Origin: an uncultured virus (IMG/VR IMGVR_UViG_3300031884_000004)
Lineage: Duplodnaviria > Heunggongvirae > Uroviricota > Caudoviricetes
Length of the DNA: 64,000 bases
IMG/VR virus record: IMGVR_UViG_3300031884_000004
Direction: 5' to 3' (one strand)
Positions 8,978-18,019 of the stretch are shown here, in pieces; the first letter of the stretch is position 1, and the number at the start of each line of letters is the position of its first letter. Position numbers and translations under genes: made by a program. The notes beneath the pieces are model-generated. The model was not told the DNA's origin and did no database searches. It worked only from the letters and a program-made list of their open reading frames with translations.

Positions 8978-9970
8978 TTATTTAACTACTACTGGATTTG
9001 AATTTGATAGGGTTACTATTTTACCTAAATCTCTAAAGCCGCGATCTATCGTTAATGTTGAGGTTGGTTGAATTAGCACGTCTGCTTTGGTTAAGGTTGC
9101 ACCTTGCAAGGACCTATAGTAGATGTTTGCCTCATTTAACTTGAGTGTCAACTCATTATATACCTGCTTATTTAATGTGATTCCTCTACCCAAAATTACA
9201 TTTTTACAATCTAACTCTTGTAACCAAGATATGAGCGACGTAAGATCACATAAGTCCACTTGCGTAGAATATTCATGTGCAAACTTCAATTTTGGTTCTG
9301 TAAGCAAGGCAGGATCAACCTTAACACCCGCATTAGATAGCGTATACAGAGTTTTAGGTTCAGTATTTAATTCCACATCAGAGAGTACATCAGCTATGAT
9401 CGGATTGCACGCTGCAATAAAATATGAATTCCCCACTTTTACCAAAGTCGGGTCCCAAACTGTGGCGGCCTCATACTGCTTAAGTTGATCTAGTATGGCT
9501 TGTAAGGTATCACAAAACCTAACTACAGAAAAATATTTCTGTAACTTAGTAGCAGCAACATGCAATGCAGTCGTGCTGAATGGTGCAGTGTACACTTTTC
9601 GATCTTTGTTCCATTCGAATGTGTTGTACTTTATATCTCTGAATTCTGAAATGAACGTTTTGTTGAAGGGTAGCTTAATAGTTAATTCATTGCCTACCAA
9701 ACTGACTTTGGCGCTGGTATACTCTTCGGTGCTTTGTACAACTGAAGTTTTCCATGGCAACGACTTCAGTGTATCTACATTAAATTCGGTCTTAATCAAC
9801 TGTTTACGATATTTACTGACCAGTTTATCGAACAGTTCAACCTGATTAGTCGTAATCCTATGGTTCGCGTGAATCATCTGTTGAAGATTCGACATGAACT
9901 TATAGTCGTATTGACTTAAGCTTATTTTACCTTGAAGGAAAAAATGCAGGAGGTGTTCTTTATAGTTCAT
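8978..9970 (-). CDS. hypothetical phage protein
   Basis: 330-aa ORF next to the helicase. Confidence 0.7.
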   Translation of the reverse strand: MNYKEHLLHFFLQGKISLSQYDYKFMSNLQQMIHANHRITTNQVELFDKLVSKYRKQLIKTEFNVDTLKSLPWKTSVVQSTEEYTSAKVSLVGNELTIKLPFNKTFISEFRDIKYNTFEWNKDRKVYTAPFSTTALHVAATKLQKYFSVVRFCDTLQAILDQLKQYEAATVWDPTLVKVGNSYFIAACNPIIADVLSDVELNTEPKTLYTLSNAGVKVDPALLTEPKLKFAHEYSTQVDLCDLTSLISWLQELDCKNVILGRGITLNKQVYNELTLKLNEANIYYRSLQGATLTKADVLIQPTSTLTIDRGFRDLGKIVTLSNSNPVVVK

Positions 9971-10020
9971 CTTAGCATTATGACATACTTGCGATAAAAA
10001 GCAATAGTTAAGGTTACCTA

Positions 10021-10354
10021 TTATGTTTGATAATAGACAATTTCGCCAGTAGTCGGATCATAGTATAGCTGGAACATTCCCGTTGCGTACAATTGTCGGG
10101 TTACCTGAAGTTATCGTATTAATAGTGACATTGCTGGCCGTTAGGTTACCGAAGGATCCGCCACCTCCGCCGCCGGTTACTAAATTTAGAACACCGTTTG
10201 AATTACCTATGTACAAAGAATAATCACTAGTATCGACTACTAGTTGGCCTGGACGCGCATTTCCGTCGTAGTTTGCTTTAGTGTCATCAACGTGCTTATC
10301 AATCTGTACATATAAGCCATTAATACCGCTGTATGGCGGAGGAGGTATAGCCAT
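10021..10354 (-). pseudogene. short fibre/structural-like gene whose C-terminus continues in a shifted frame
   Basis: ORF 10058-10354 is Gly/Thr/Asn-rich; the +1 frame reads QLYYDPTTGEIVYYQT* to 10021. Confidence 0.45.
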
Positions 10355-10358
10355 TTAA

Positions 10359-10403
10359 AAAATCCCTTTGTCATGCATAAATAATGTAAGGCAAAGGGAT
10401 TTT
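10359..10403. terminator. hairpin, possible intrinsic terminator overlapping the downstream RBS
   Basis: AAAATCCCTTTG...CAAAGGGATTTT inverted repeat. Confidence 0.5.
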
Positions 10404-10426
10404 AATTCACTAAAATTCAGTTTTTG

Positions 10427-11437
10427 TTAATTACGCTTAGTACAAGTGCTCAGCGCAAGAGATTTCCAGTTGTTGGGAGAAATCTTAACTAGATCAGCGA
10501 TTTTGAGCGCCATTCGAATGGACAGTTCTCTTAGCTTCAACTCGTTATCTTCCATAAACTTGAAAATCTCGGCGCCTTGATCATCAGCAAAGTTGTAGCT
10601 ACCAAACAGACCATTTTCAACATCACGATCCACTTGCCGAATGCGCAACATTTTGTCACGCTGAGAATCGATAGTCAGATCCAAGAAGTGACAACGAGAT
10701 TCCAGCGCTTCAAGGTGATCTTGCATACGCTTAGACTTCACGCTGTCAAACTTAAGGTTAGTGATAAAGATAGCAGACCCGTTGAAGTTAAAGGAATTCG
10801 GAATGCCTTCATCACGAAGCAGACGAGAATCCGAATTCCAACAAATCTTTCGATGACGTCCAGAATCCAGCGCCGCCTTCAGAATGTTCAGTGACAATTC
10901 ATCACCGAACACGCTGTCGCAGTCATCAAATACTAGCACATTTTTCTTGTCACTGTACTTGTATAGCTGGGCGTAAAGACCCAGCGCAGTCATAGCACCC
11001 TTAACCACAGTATGCTTAATGCGATTTCCAGCGATCTTGTCGAACATAGAAGCCCGCTCAAGTTGCATTTCAACACCGTGTGACTTGCCTACGCCAGGTG
11101 GACCAGACACGATCATCGCACGAATGTCACCGTTAATACACGCAGCAGACATTTCGTCAAGGATCTTAAATCGAGCAGCAATGCGATCCATCGCCTGTTC
11201 GTCGGTCTCGATTTCCGCCGGAGCGGCTTCTACTGGTTCACCATCAACAAACTCAATGTCAGAGATATAATTTACCTTAATTTTGATGGTGTCGATAGCA
11301 ACAGAGAAGTGCCCGTCATTCTTTACGGTGACGTAGCTGCCCTTTTTTCCGATTTGAAAACCCTTCACCAAAGTGAAATGAGTGTTGACGACCGGCTGGT
11401 TACGGTATTCACCTCTCTTGATCAAAATTCGAGACAT
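10427..11437 (-). CDS. P-loop AAA-type ATPase
   Basis: GPPGVGKS (Walker A), LVFDDCD (Walker B). Confidence 0.8.
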   Translation of the reverse strand: MSRILIKRGEYRNQPVVNTHFTLVKGFQIGKKGSYVTVKNDGHFSVAIDTIKIKVNYISDIEFVDGEPVEAAPAEIETDEQAMDRIAARFKILDEMSAACINGDIRAMIVSGPPGVGKSHGVEMQLERASMFDKIAGNRIKHTVVKGAMTALGLYAQLYKYSDKKNVLVFDDCDSVFGDELSLNILKAALDSGRHRKICWNSDSRLLRDEGIPNSFNFNGSAIFITNLKFDSVKSKRMQDHLEALESRCHFLDLTIDSQRDKMLRIRQVDRDVENGLFGSYNFADDQGAEIFKFMEDNELKLRELSIRMALKIADLVKISPNNWKSLALSTCTKRN

Positions 11438-11468
11438 GCGTTATCCTTTGTCGATTGTTTTATATTTC

Positions 11469-11497
11469 AATATAACAGAACATTTTGCTGCTGTCAA
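11469..11497 (-). promoter_or_regulatory. sigma70-type early promoter
   Basis: TTGACA-17 nt-TATATT. Confidence 0.7.
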
Positions 11498-12015
11498 CTC
11501 GCAGCGTACACTCGAATCTCAGAAAATCCTTCGGCCTCAGTGGGCATGACAAAATTCTGTTCCATAAGAGTCAGAACGTGTTTCGGAATAGTCTTACCGA
11601 TACGAGAATTCAGGCGGCGATTCCATTCAGCGTCGTCGGGCTTCTCAAACACGATAGCGTCGATAGTGTAGCCATAGGGCTTGAGAATGTCAATGATGCG
11701 CTTACGGCTCTTGACCGACATGTTAGTACGATCAACATCAAAGTCCTCACCGGCTTCGCAGTACGCTTTGATTTGCTTCCAAAACTGGGCATCAGCGATG
11801 CTCATAGCGTCAGCAAAGACCTCGTTGTACGTGGAACCTCGTTCCTTAGCAATTTGGTCGATGATATTGTCCGAAGACGCGACATTACGAGCCTGCACCT
11901 TTTCCAAAAAGGTGCTCTTGCCACTAGCGGGAAGACCGACGAGAATGTTACACTTAGGCATGTATTTATCCTTCATTACAAAGTGCATTATGCACTGAAT
12001 GACGCAAGGTATCAA
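11494..12015 (-). CDS. polynucleotide kinase-like P-loop kinase (start probably at MPKC)
   Basis: GLPASGKST, DRTN and RLNSR motifs; near the RNA ligase. Confidence 0.75.
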   Translation of the reverse strand: MIPCVIQCIMHFVMKDKYMPKCNILVGLPASGKSTFLEKVQARNVASSDNIIDQIAKERGSTYNEVFADAMSIADAQFWKQIKAYCEAGEDFDVDRTNMSVKSRKRIIDILKPYGYTIDAIVFEKPDDAEWNRRLNSRIGKTIPKHVLTLMEQNFVMPTEAEGFSEIRVYAAS

Positions 12016-12021
12016 CCAAAA

Positions 12022-12219
12022 TTATTCCGGTTCCTTGTCCGGTAGAGGCGGAGTCAGAATACGAGGCTTAAATGCCTTATACCGGTTACTGGCTTCTTCG
12101 TCTAGTGCTGCTTGTTCGATACAATTTTCTAGCCTTTGTTTGGCTTCATCATACGGAAAGGAATCGCGGCCACAATACAGATAAAGAACAAGCGTCACCA
12201 TATACATTCTTCCAGACAA
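12022..12219 (-). CDS. hypothetical protein
   Basis: 65-aa ORF. Confidence 0.4.
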   Translation of the reverse strand: MSGRMYMVTLVLYLYCGRDSFPYDEAKQRLENCIEQAALDEEASNRYKAFKPRILTPPLPDKEPE

Positions 12220-12296
12220 AAAGCTTCTTTTCTTCTACAACAAAGTATGTAGGTCCAGTGGTATTGTAATTGAATATTTCTCTTAGTCGATATTGC

Positions 12297-13502
12297 TTAG
12301 TCATTATGTTTAATTCCTTTAAACCAAACGTCCTTAATCAGGTCATAGCTCTTGTTGCTCGACAGTTTGATAGCCACAGTTTTAGTAATATGTTCCTGGG
12401 CAGACTCAATAGTACAACAGTCAAACAGCGAGAAGATCGCTGCTTTCATGAGCGAATCAAAATTTTGAGATTCGTTCAGCGCAAAGTTCTTACGATCAAC
12501 GTTTCGGGCACGAATATGAGCCACATTGTCATGCAGTTCACGAGCCAGATACTTGATGCGAGTGACAACCTTATCCTCAAATTCTTCCAGGCGAACTCGA
12601 TCTTCAGTAAGAAGATGAGCCTTAACATCATCGAGGGTGTTGCTCAGGATCATTTCCACGATATTACGATCTTGCAGAATGGCTTCCTTAGCCTTATGAA
12701 TTTGAACGTACCAGTCACACTTAGCCTTAACCATGTGACCGTCATCGAAACGAATCACAAAGCCTTCCATATCTTTCAGACCAGCAACATAAGCCATAAA
12801 TTCATTCATATCCGTAGCAGGCTCGAAAGCCTTTACGACTGGGAGATTCCAGTTCTTAGCAATAAAGGTCATTTTATCATACTTAACATACTCACCTGTG
12901 TCATTAAAACGGAGAGCGATAAGGACTAAGTGATCTTTGCTCCCGTAATCGATGACGATGCGTTGCTTACGCGAACACCATTCAAAGATAGGGGTGATGA
13001 AAGATTGAGTTAGATAAACGCGAGCGAATTCCTCGTACTTAGGATTATTTTTAACGAATTCCTCAACAGGAGCAGCAACGTCAGTCAGACCCATCTTAGT
13101 ACCCCAACGAACTTCGTCGTTGAGCATGAAAGGAACTAGCATAGAGCCGTCAAGCTTTTCAAGAATAACGTGCGGACGAGACAGATCCAAAACATGGTCT
13201 TGGGTTTCTTCTCTTTCGTTGACATTGAAAAATTTATGCAGGGGACGCCGCAGAAGGTCTCCGGTCTTCGAACAGAAGATGATACCGCGACACTCACGCC
13301 GCAGCATATTGTGCAAAGAGCGTTCTGCACGCATCTTAGCAGAACCGCCAGCGACGTTAATGGTGGGAAAGGTATCTGACATCATTACGTTGTAGTTGAT
13401 GACGGTATAGCCGTCACGCTCAGCCACAACGAACTCAGGAGCATCCTTAATCGCAGGAAGCACCTCTGAGATATTCTTAATTACAGGGAATTCGTAATTC
13501 AC
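12297..13502 (-). CDS. rnlA: T4 Rnl1-like RNA ligase
   Basis: RECRG, KFFN, EKLDGS (adenylated Lys), FEW, EGFV and KAK motifs. Confidence 0.9.
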   Translation of the reverse strand: MNYEFPVIKNISEVLPAIKDAPEFVVAERDGYTVINYNVMMSDTFPTINVAGGSAKMRAERSLHNMLRRECRGIIFCSKTGDLLRRPLHKFFNVNEREETQDHVLDLSRPHVILEKLDGSMLVPFMLNDEVRWGTKMGLTDVAAPVEEFVKNNPKYEEFARVYLTQSFITPIFEWCSRKQRIVIDYGSKDHLVLIALRFNDTGEYVKYDKMTFIAKNWNLPVVKAFEPATDMNEFMAYVAGLKDMEGFVIRFDDGHMVKAKCDWYVQIHKAKEAILQDRNIVEMILSNTLDDVKAHLLTEDRVRLEEFEDKVVTRIKYLARELHDNVAHIRARNVDRKNFALNESQNFDSLMKAAIFSLFDCCTIESAQEHITKTVAIKLSSNKSYDLIKDVWFKGIKHND

Positions 13503-13694
13503 TTTAAATCAACCCTTTCATGCACCATTGATCGTGCTCAATTATTTATTCGGCCTTGATCATAACCAAAATCATATGCGGCTTCCCATGCAGATCGTGC
13601 TGCCGATTGCGCAGCATCTAATTCTTCATCGGTAATGTTTGAATACGCATAACTCGGCAGGTGTACCTGTTGCCACCATTCTTCGAACGTCATT

Positions 13695-13901
13695 TTATTT
13701 TCCACGAATAATGTCAAAGACAGAATTTTGTAGCGAGGACGATTCCTCATATGACAGATAAAAATCAGTCGTCGGATCCCAATAAGCACCTTCCTTAGGA
13801 TCGTAGTAGATCACCCGACCATTAGGATACACGAACGGACCTTCAAGGCCCTTACGCGGTTGCCATTTAGCATCACGTTCAGGAAGATTCTTGTAGCCCA
13901 T
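13695..13901 (-). CDS. small phage protein
   Basis: GLEGPF...YYDPKEGAYWDP; AAGGAG SD and promoter upstream. Confidence 0.7.
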   Translation of the reverse strand: MGYKNLPERDAKWQPRKGLEGPFVYPNGRVIYYDPKEGAYWDPTTDFYLSYEESSSLQNSVFDIIRGK

Positions 13902-13926
13902 GTCGTAGCTCCTTTGCTATCTTTAA

Positions 13927-13955
13927 ATCATAGCAACAGAGTTATGCGGTGTCAA
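13927..13955 (-). promoter_or_regulatory. sigma70-type early promoter
   Basis: TTGACA-17 nt-TATGAT. Confidence 0.7.
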
Positions 13956-13961
13956 CCAAAA

Positions 13962-14717
13962 TTAATCGACCGAAACGAATTTCCAAGAGTTAGCTTGATA
14001 AAAATTGAGGGTGTCCTTATGACGAGGATCATAATTTGCCTCAATCTTGACCTTATGATTAAGAACAGTTTCGAACAATGGAGTGAGTGGATTCTTCTTG
14101 TCAATCGTTAGCAATATTCGGTTACCGTGTTCGTCCGAAAACCAAAAATCTTCAACCGCAAGCAGTCTACGATGAGGATCCAATCGCTTGATAAATGTCA
14201 GAGTTTTGTTGCCACTTAATCGATTACCAGGTCCACGAAGATTGTAATAGTCGCCGCCAAATACTTCATACAAACCCTGATCATATTCATGAAAGTAAGG
14301 AAGCTTGTATATCAATCCGGCAAAGTTAATAGGATACATGTATCCGTCAGCGATAGAATAAGCTGTATTTAAAAATTTAGATAGATCAGTTCTGTACTTA
14401 GATAGAGATTCACCTCGTATTCTAGCCAATACTAACTTACTATTAAAATAAGAACGAACGTGGTCTGCTAGTATTCTATCGTCTTGTGTAATTTTGTCTG
14501 TGGGTACAGAAAGTAGACCAAATGCGTTCCAATAATTTTTGTCTTCTTCAGTGGTAGCGGTTGTTTTTAATCTATACAATACACAACTAAGAACCAAAAC
14601 GTCTTCTTTTGTAGTAAACATTTCCGCAGATTGCTTTGCTTGTGTAGTTGCGGTTAACGAAGCGAAGAAGTCATCATCTTCGTTAGTATCATCTAGAGAA
14701 GTGAATGCTGGGTGCAT
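13962..14717 (-). CDS. hypothetical protein
   Basis: 251-aa ORF with AAGGA SD. Confidence 0.7.
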   Translation of the reverse strand: MHPAFTSLDDTNEDDDFFASLTATTQAKQSAEMFTTKEDVLVLSCVLYRLKTTATTEEDKNYWNAFGLLSVPTDKITQDDRILADHVRSYFNSKLVLARIRGESLSKYRTDLSKFLNTAYSIADGYMYPINFAGLIYKLPYFHEYDQGLYEVFGGDYYNLRGPGNRLSGNKTLTFIKRLDPHRRLLAVEDFWFSDEHGNRILLTIDKKNPLTPLFETVLNHKVKIEANYDPRHKDTLNFYQANSWKFVSVD

Positions 14718-14778
14718 CTTTTTGATTTCCTTATTATTCTTATAATAGAATACTTGTTACATTAATACAATAAACTTG

Positions 14779-15237
14779 TTACCCAATGCTAATGTCTTCC
14801 ATGCCTGCGGTACGTAGACGCACCACATGACCCAGCATGAAGTTTTTAGATTCGATTGCTTTAAGCACGCCCAACCATTTGTTGCGAAGTAGTGCAACTT
14901 CATTTATGAGAACTTCAAAATCGATGACTTCTTGTTCACCGTCAACATACTTCTCTGCGTCCCGTGACGTTAACGCACGAGCATAACCTTCAAGATATTT
15001 TTGAAAGTGTTTTCTACGAATCTTGCGAAGCTGGATGTTTAGAAAATTGAGTACCGCTTCGATTTCTTGGAGTTGGTTGAAACGGTACTCAGTTATTCCA
15101 GGAAGTGCGGCAATGTTTTTCTCTACATTGCCATACACCTTAACATCTTGTTTGGCAGAGACTAGCTCATTCTCGTAATGAGAGATGAAGTCAGGGAGAA
15201 CGGATAGATCGCCGGTAATTCGGCTATACCAGGACAT
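14779..15237 (-). CDS. uvsY: UvsY-like recombination mediator
   Basis: helical protein (YLEGY.RAL..RDAEKYVDGE) downstream of RecA/UvsX. Confidence 0.7.
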   Translation of the reverse strand: MSWYSRITGDLSVLPDFISHYENELVSAKQDVKVYGNVEKNIAALPGITEYRFNQLQEIEAVLNFLNIQLRKIRRKHFQKYLEGYARALTSRDAEKYVDGEQEVIDFEVLINEVALLRNKWLGVLKAIESKNFMLGHVVRLRTAGMEDISIG

Positions 15238-15518
15238 CAGTAGTCCTCGTCATACCCATCTTCATCGTCATAGTACTCATCGTAAAATAATTCTTCTTTA
15301 ACTTGATGATATAAGCCATCTTCTGGGGTTTCTAGATAGAAAGACAGTGCATCCTTAATGTCCGAGTCTCCTCGAAATGCTTGCTTAATTTCATTAGGAG
15401 AGTAGTCTTCATCAACTAGATAATTGACCAACACTTCTGCGGCAGTACTAATGTCACCTGCTTCAATATTAGGTCTAAGTACCTTCCAAATTTCATTAAC
15501 CAAACTTAAGTTGCTCAT
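15237..15518 (-). CDS. hypothetical acidic protein
   Basis: 93-aa ORF with acidic tail. Confidence 0.65.
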   Translation of the reverse strand: MSNLSLVNEIWKVLRPNIEAGDISTAAEVLVNYLVDEDYSPNEIKQAFRGDSDIKDALSFYLETPEDGLYHQVKEELFYDEYYDDEDGYDEDY

Positions 15519-16588
15519 TCTGCTACTTCCTCTTCCTCGCTAGCGACAGTACTTAGTGCAGTATCTGCCCTTTTGTGGAATTCTTCCATAACAGTATCTA
15601 GGCAACCGTCATCATTTCGTTCCCATCCCTTTCGGAACTTCTTAATGATAGACCCGTCAAGCTTAGTGTAGACGAGAGAGTTTCCTTCTTTCTTGAAAAT
15701 CTCCATACCTTCAAACATCTCAGTTAATCCCGAATACGGACTCATTCCTGTGTCATACGGAATCTTAACTTGTACGTTTTCAAAAGGCTTTGCATAACGA
15801 GTTTTCATGACCTTACAAGCTGCACGAATGCCACGCACTTGTGAAATCTTGTTTCCGTCCTCGTCCTCTTTAAGCTTTAGCTTCTTCATCGCAACTACGA
15901 TAGAAGACGCATAGATAAAGCCTTGTCCACCTGAAATCTTGTCATCAGGATCAAACATATCTTGTGATGCATATGTGTGATTTGTGGCCACTAATCCTAC
16001 ATTACATGAACCGAACATGTTAACACAATTACGTACCAAAGATGTAAGAGCCTTAGGCTTACGACCCATATCACCCTTCATATCGCCTGCCTCAAACTGA
16101 TTTACATCAGTAGGAGTAAGCAACATACCAAGTGAGTCGATAACGAAAAGAACCTTAGGGCGATCCGTTTCGCTCATTCCCTTATAGCCCTTCATGAACT
16201 CGCTGATCGTCTTTGCAACATCATCAATCATTGCCATATTAAGCTTTAGTAGCTTTTCTGCACTAGTGTCTACACCAAGTGCCTGTAGCCATGATTCGTC
16301 TAGTGCGTTTTCGCTATCAATTAGAACTACGTAAATGCCCTGTTCTTGGGCATGTCGTACAATATTTCCGGAACAAATATATGATTTGCCGGCTCCTGAT
16401 TCACCAGCAAATACGGTTACTTTTCCAAGAGGAATTCCCTTGTCAAATTCGCTGCTGATGCGGTAGTTAAGTGCATAGTTTCCTGTGCTGATCCAATCAG
16501 TGGGATCATTAAATCCAATGCTGAGACCATCGATGGCCTTAGTAATGTCTTTACGGAACTTGCTGAGGTCGAAAGGTTTAGTTGTCAA
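15515..16588 (-). CDS. uvsX: RecA/UvsX recombinase
   Basis: GESGAGKS, IDSENA, VIDSLG and SGGQGFIYASS motifs. Confidence 0.92.
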   Translation of the reverse strand: MTTKPFDLSKFRKDITKAIDGLSIGFNDPTDWISTGNYALNYRISSEFDKGIPLGKVTVFAGESGAGKSYICSGNIVRHAQEQGIYVVLIDSENALDESWLQALGVDTSAEKLLKLNMAMIDDVAKTISEFMKGYKGMSETDRPKVLFVIDSLGMLLTPTDVNQFEAGDMKGDMGRKPKALTSLVRNCVNMFGSCNVGLVATNHTYASQDMFDPDDKISGGQGFIYASSIVVAMKKLKLKEDEDGNKISQVRGIRAACKVMKTRYAKPFENVQVKIPYDTGMSPYSGLTEMFEGMEIFKKEGNSLVYTKLDGSIIKKFRKGWERNDDGCLDTVMEEFHKRADTALSTVASEEEEVAE

Positions 16589-16597
16589 GTATATATC

Positions 16598-16828
16598 CTA
16601 TCTTACAATCTGTTTCATCTTATCATTAACTGATAATTTTTCGAGTAATTCGGGACTATTCACTGCGATTTGGTCTAATTCATAGTCATTCGGAAAATGT
16701 CTTAGTACGCTCCGCGCCCGGTCTCTTACTATACTCGGAACTCTTGGAGTTTTGCCTGGATCACACAGTTCCTCCAACAGTTTTTTACCTTGCTTTATTG
16801 CACGGTATCTATCATCTGAATTGGTCAT
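16598..16828 (-). CDS. small protein (BPSL0761-like)
   Basis: DPGKTPRVPS.VR.RAR..LRHFP motif. Confidence 0.6.
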   Translation of the reverse strand: MTNSDDRYRAIKQGKKLLEELCDPGKTPRVPSIVRDRARSVLRHFPNDYELDQIAVNSPELLEKLSVNDKMKQIVR

Positions 16829-16849
16829 GGTATTCTCCTTAGCCAGAAT

Positions 16850-16875
16850 TTTGGGGAGGATTTCTCCTCCCCAAA
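16850..16875. terminator. strong hairpin after the SSB gene
   Basis: TTTGGGGAGGA-tttc-TCCTCCCCAAA. Confidence 0.65.
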
Positions 16876-16880
16876 CCTAA

Positions 16881-17861
16881 TTAGGCCTTATTCTGTCTTT
16901 CGCGGATCATCTTTAGAATGTCCTGTGCCTTATCGCTCGTTGGTGCAGTAGGAACAACGATTGGTTGATCTACTTCGAAAGGAGGCTCATCGATTGGCGC
17001 AGATGCTACCGTAGTCGGTGCACTAGGTGCAGCAGAAGCAGTTTGTGCTTGTGCGGTGCTGGACGGAGCTTCAATGCCATACGGACGATAATATGCGCCC
17101 CACTTATCAGTGTCATACGGGCGTCCATCAACTGATGCTTCAAACATCTCCTTAATGACCCGAAGTTCGGCTTCGCTTGGCTTCTTTGGCAAGAAGTCAG
17201 CGAGATTGTACAACCCAAACGAATCAATCGCTGCTTGCTCGGCTTCCGTAAGCGGTGACTCCTTACGAGACCAAGTGGAAGTTGAATAGTCTGCATAACC
17301 GCCCTTAGAAGTCTTCTTGATGTTGAAGTCAAGACCGTGAACGTAGTCGGTTGGCAATTCATCAAGTTCCGGATCCATCAAAGATGCCTTGATAATAGTC
17401 TGAATTTGCGGGGAGATGATGAAGCGACGAATTGGGTTCGCTGGAGTTTGATCATCACCTAGTGGATTTTGGCGAACAAAGCCTTGATAAAGATATGAAC
17501 GCTTCTTCCAATACTTGTTAGCAAGGTCCTTAAGAGTGTCGTCTTTGTACCACGGACGAACTTCTGCGAGAACCGGGCAATTATCGCCATACATCTCGAC
17601 GCAAGGAACTTGTACAGTAACTTGCTTCATGTTGGAATCACCCTTAACGCCATTGAACGGAAGCTTGATAACTTGACGTTCTACCCAAAAGAATTCGTTA
17701 GTAGGATTGCCGTCTGGCAACAGACGAATAGAAGCAGTTGCTCCTTCGTCAATATTCCAGAAAGGATAGATTGCGTTATCTGATTGAGTGCCAGAAGCCT
17801 TGGTCTGACTGCGATTTTCTTGTGCCGTTAACCGCGCACGGATTTCTGCTAGACTAGCCAT
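16881..17861 (-). CDS. gp32-like single-stranded DNA-binding protein
   Basis: IRLLPD, CPV, YWKKRSY, DFNIKK and GYADYSTS motifs; next to UvsX/UvsY. Confidence 0.85.
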   Translation of the reverse strand: MASLAEIRARLTAQENRSQTKASGTQSDNAIYPFWNIDEGATASIRLLPDGNPTNEFFWVERQVIKLPFNGVKGDSNMKQVTVQVPCVEMYGDNCPVLAEVRPWYKDDTLKDLANKYWKKRSYLYQGFVRQNPLGDDQTPANPIRRFIISPQIQTIIKASLMDPELDELPTDYVHGLDFNIKKTSKGGYADYSTSTWSRKESPLTEAEQAAIDSFGLYNLADFLPKKPSEAELRVIKEMFEASVDGRPYDTDKWGAYYRPYGIEAPSSTAQAQTASAAPSAPTTVASAPIDEPPFEVDQPIVVPTAPTSDKAQDILKMIRERQNKA

Positions 17862-17939
17862 TTTTATTTTCTCCTTTTAAATGTGCCTAAGTTGAGCCTG
17901 AGTATGTTTTAATGTCGTTGTTTGGAGACAACTAACATA

Positions 17940-17982
17940 TGATGAAATATAACGTATACTTCATCAGATGTCAATGTATTTA
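17940..17982 (-). promoter_or_regulatory. tandem late (TAAATA) and sigma70 promoters with an inverted repeat around the -10 box
   Basis: TTGACA 17969-17974, TATATT 17946-17951, TGATGAA/TTCATCA arms, TAAATA 17977-17982. Confidence 0.6.
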
Positions 17983-18019
17983 CCCCAGTAATGGGTAAGT
18001 AATATAATAGTTTATTGCG

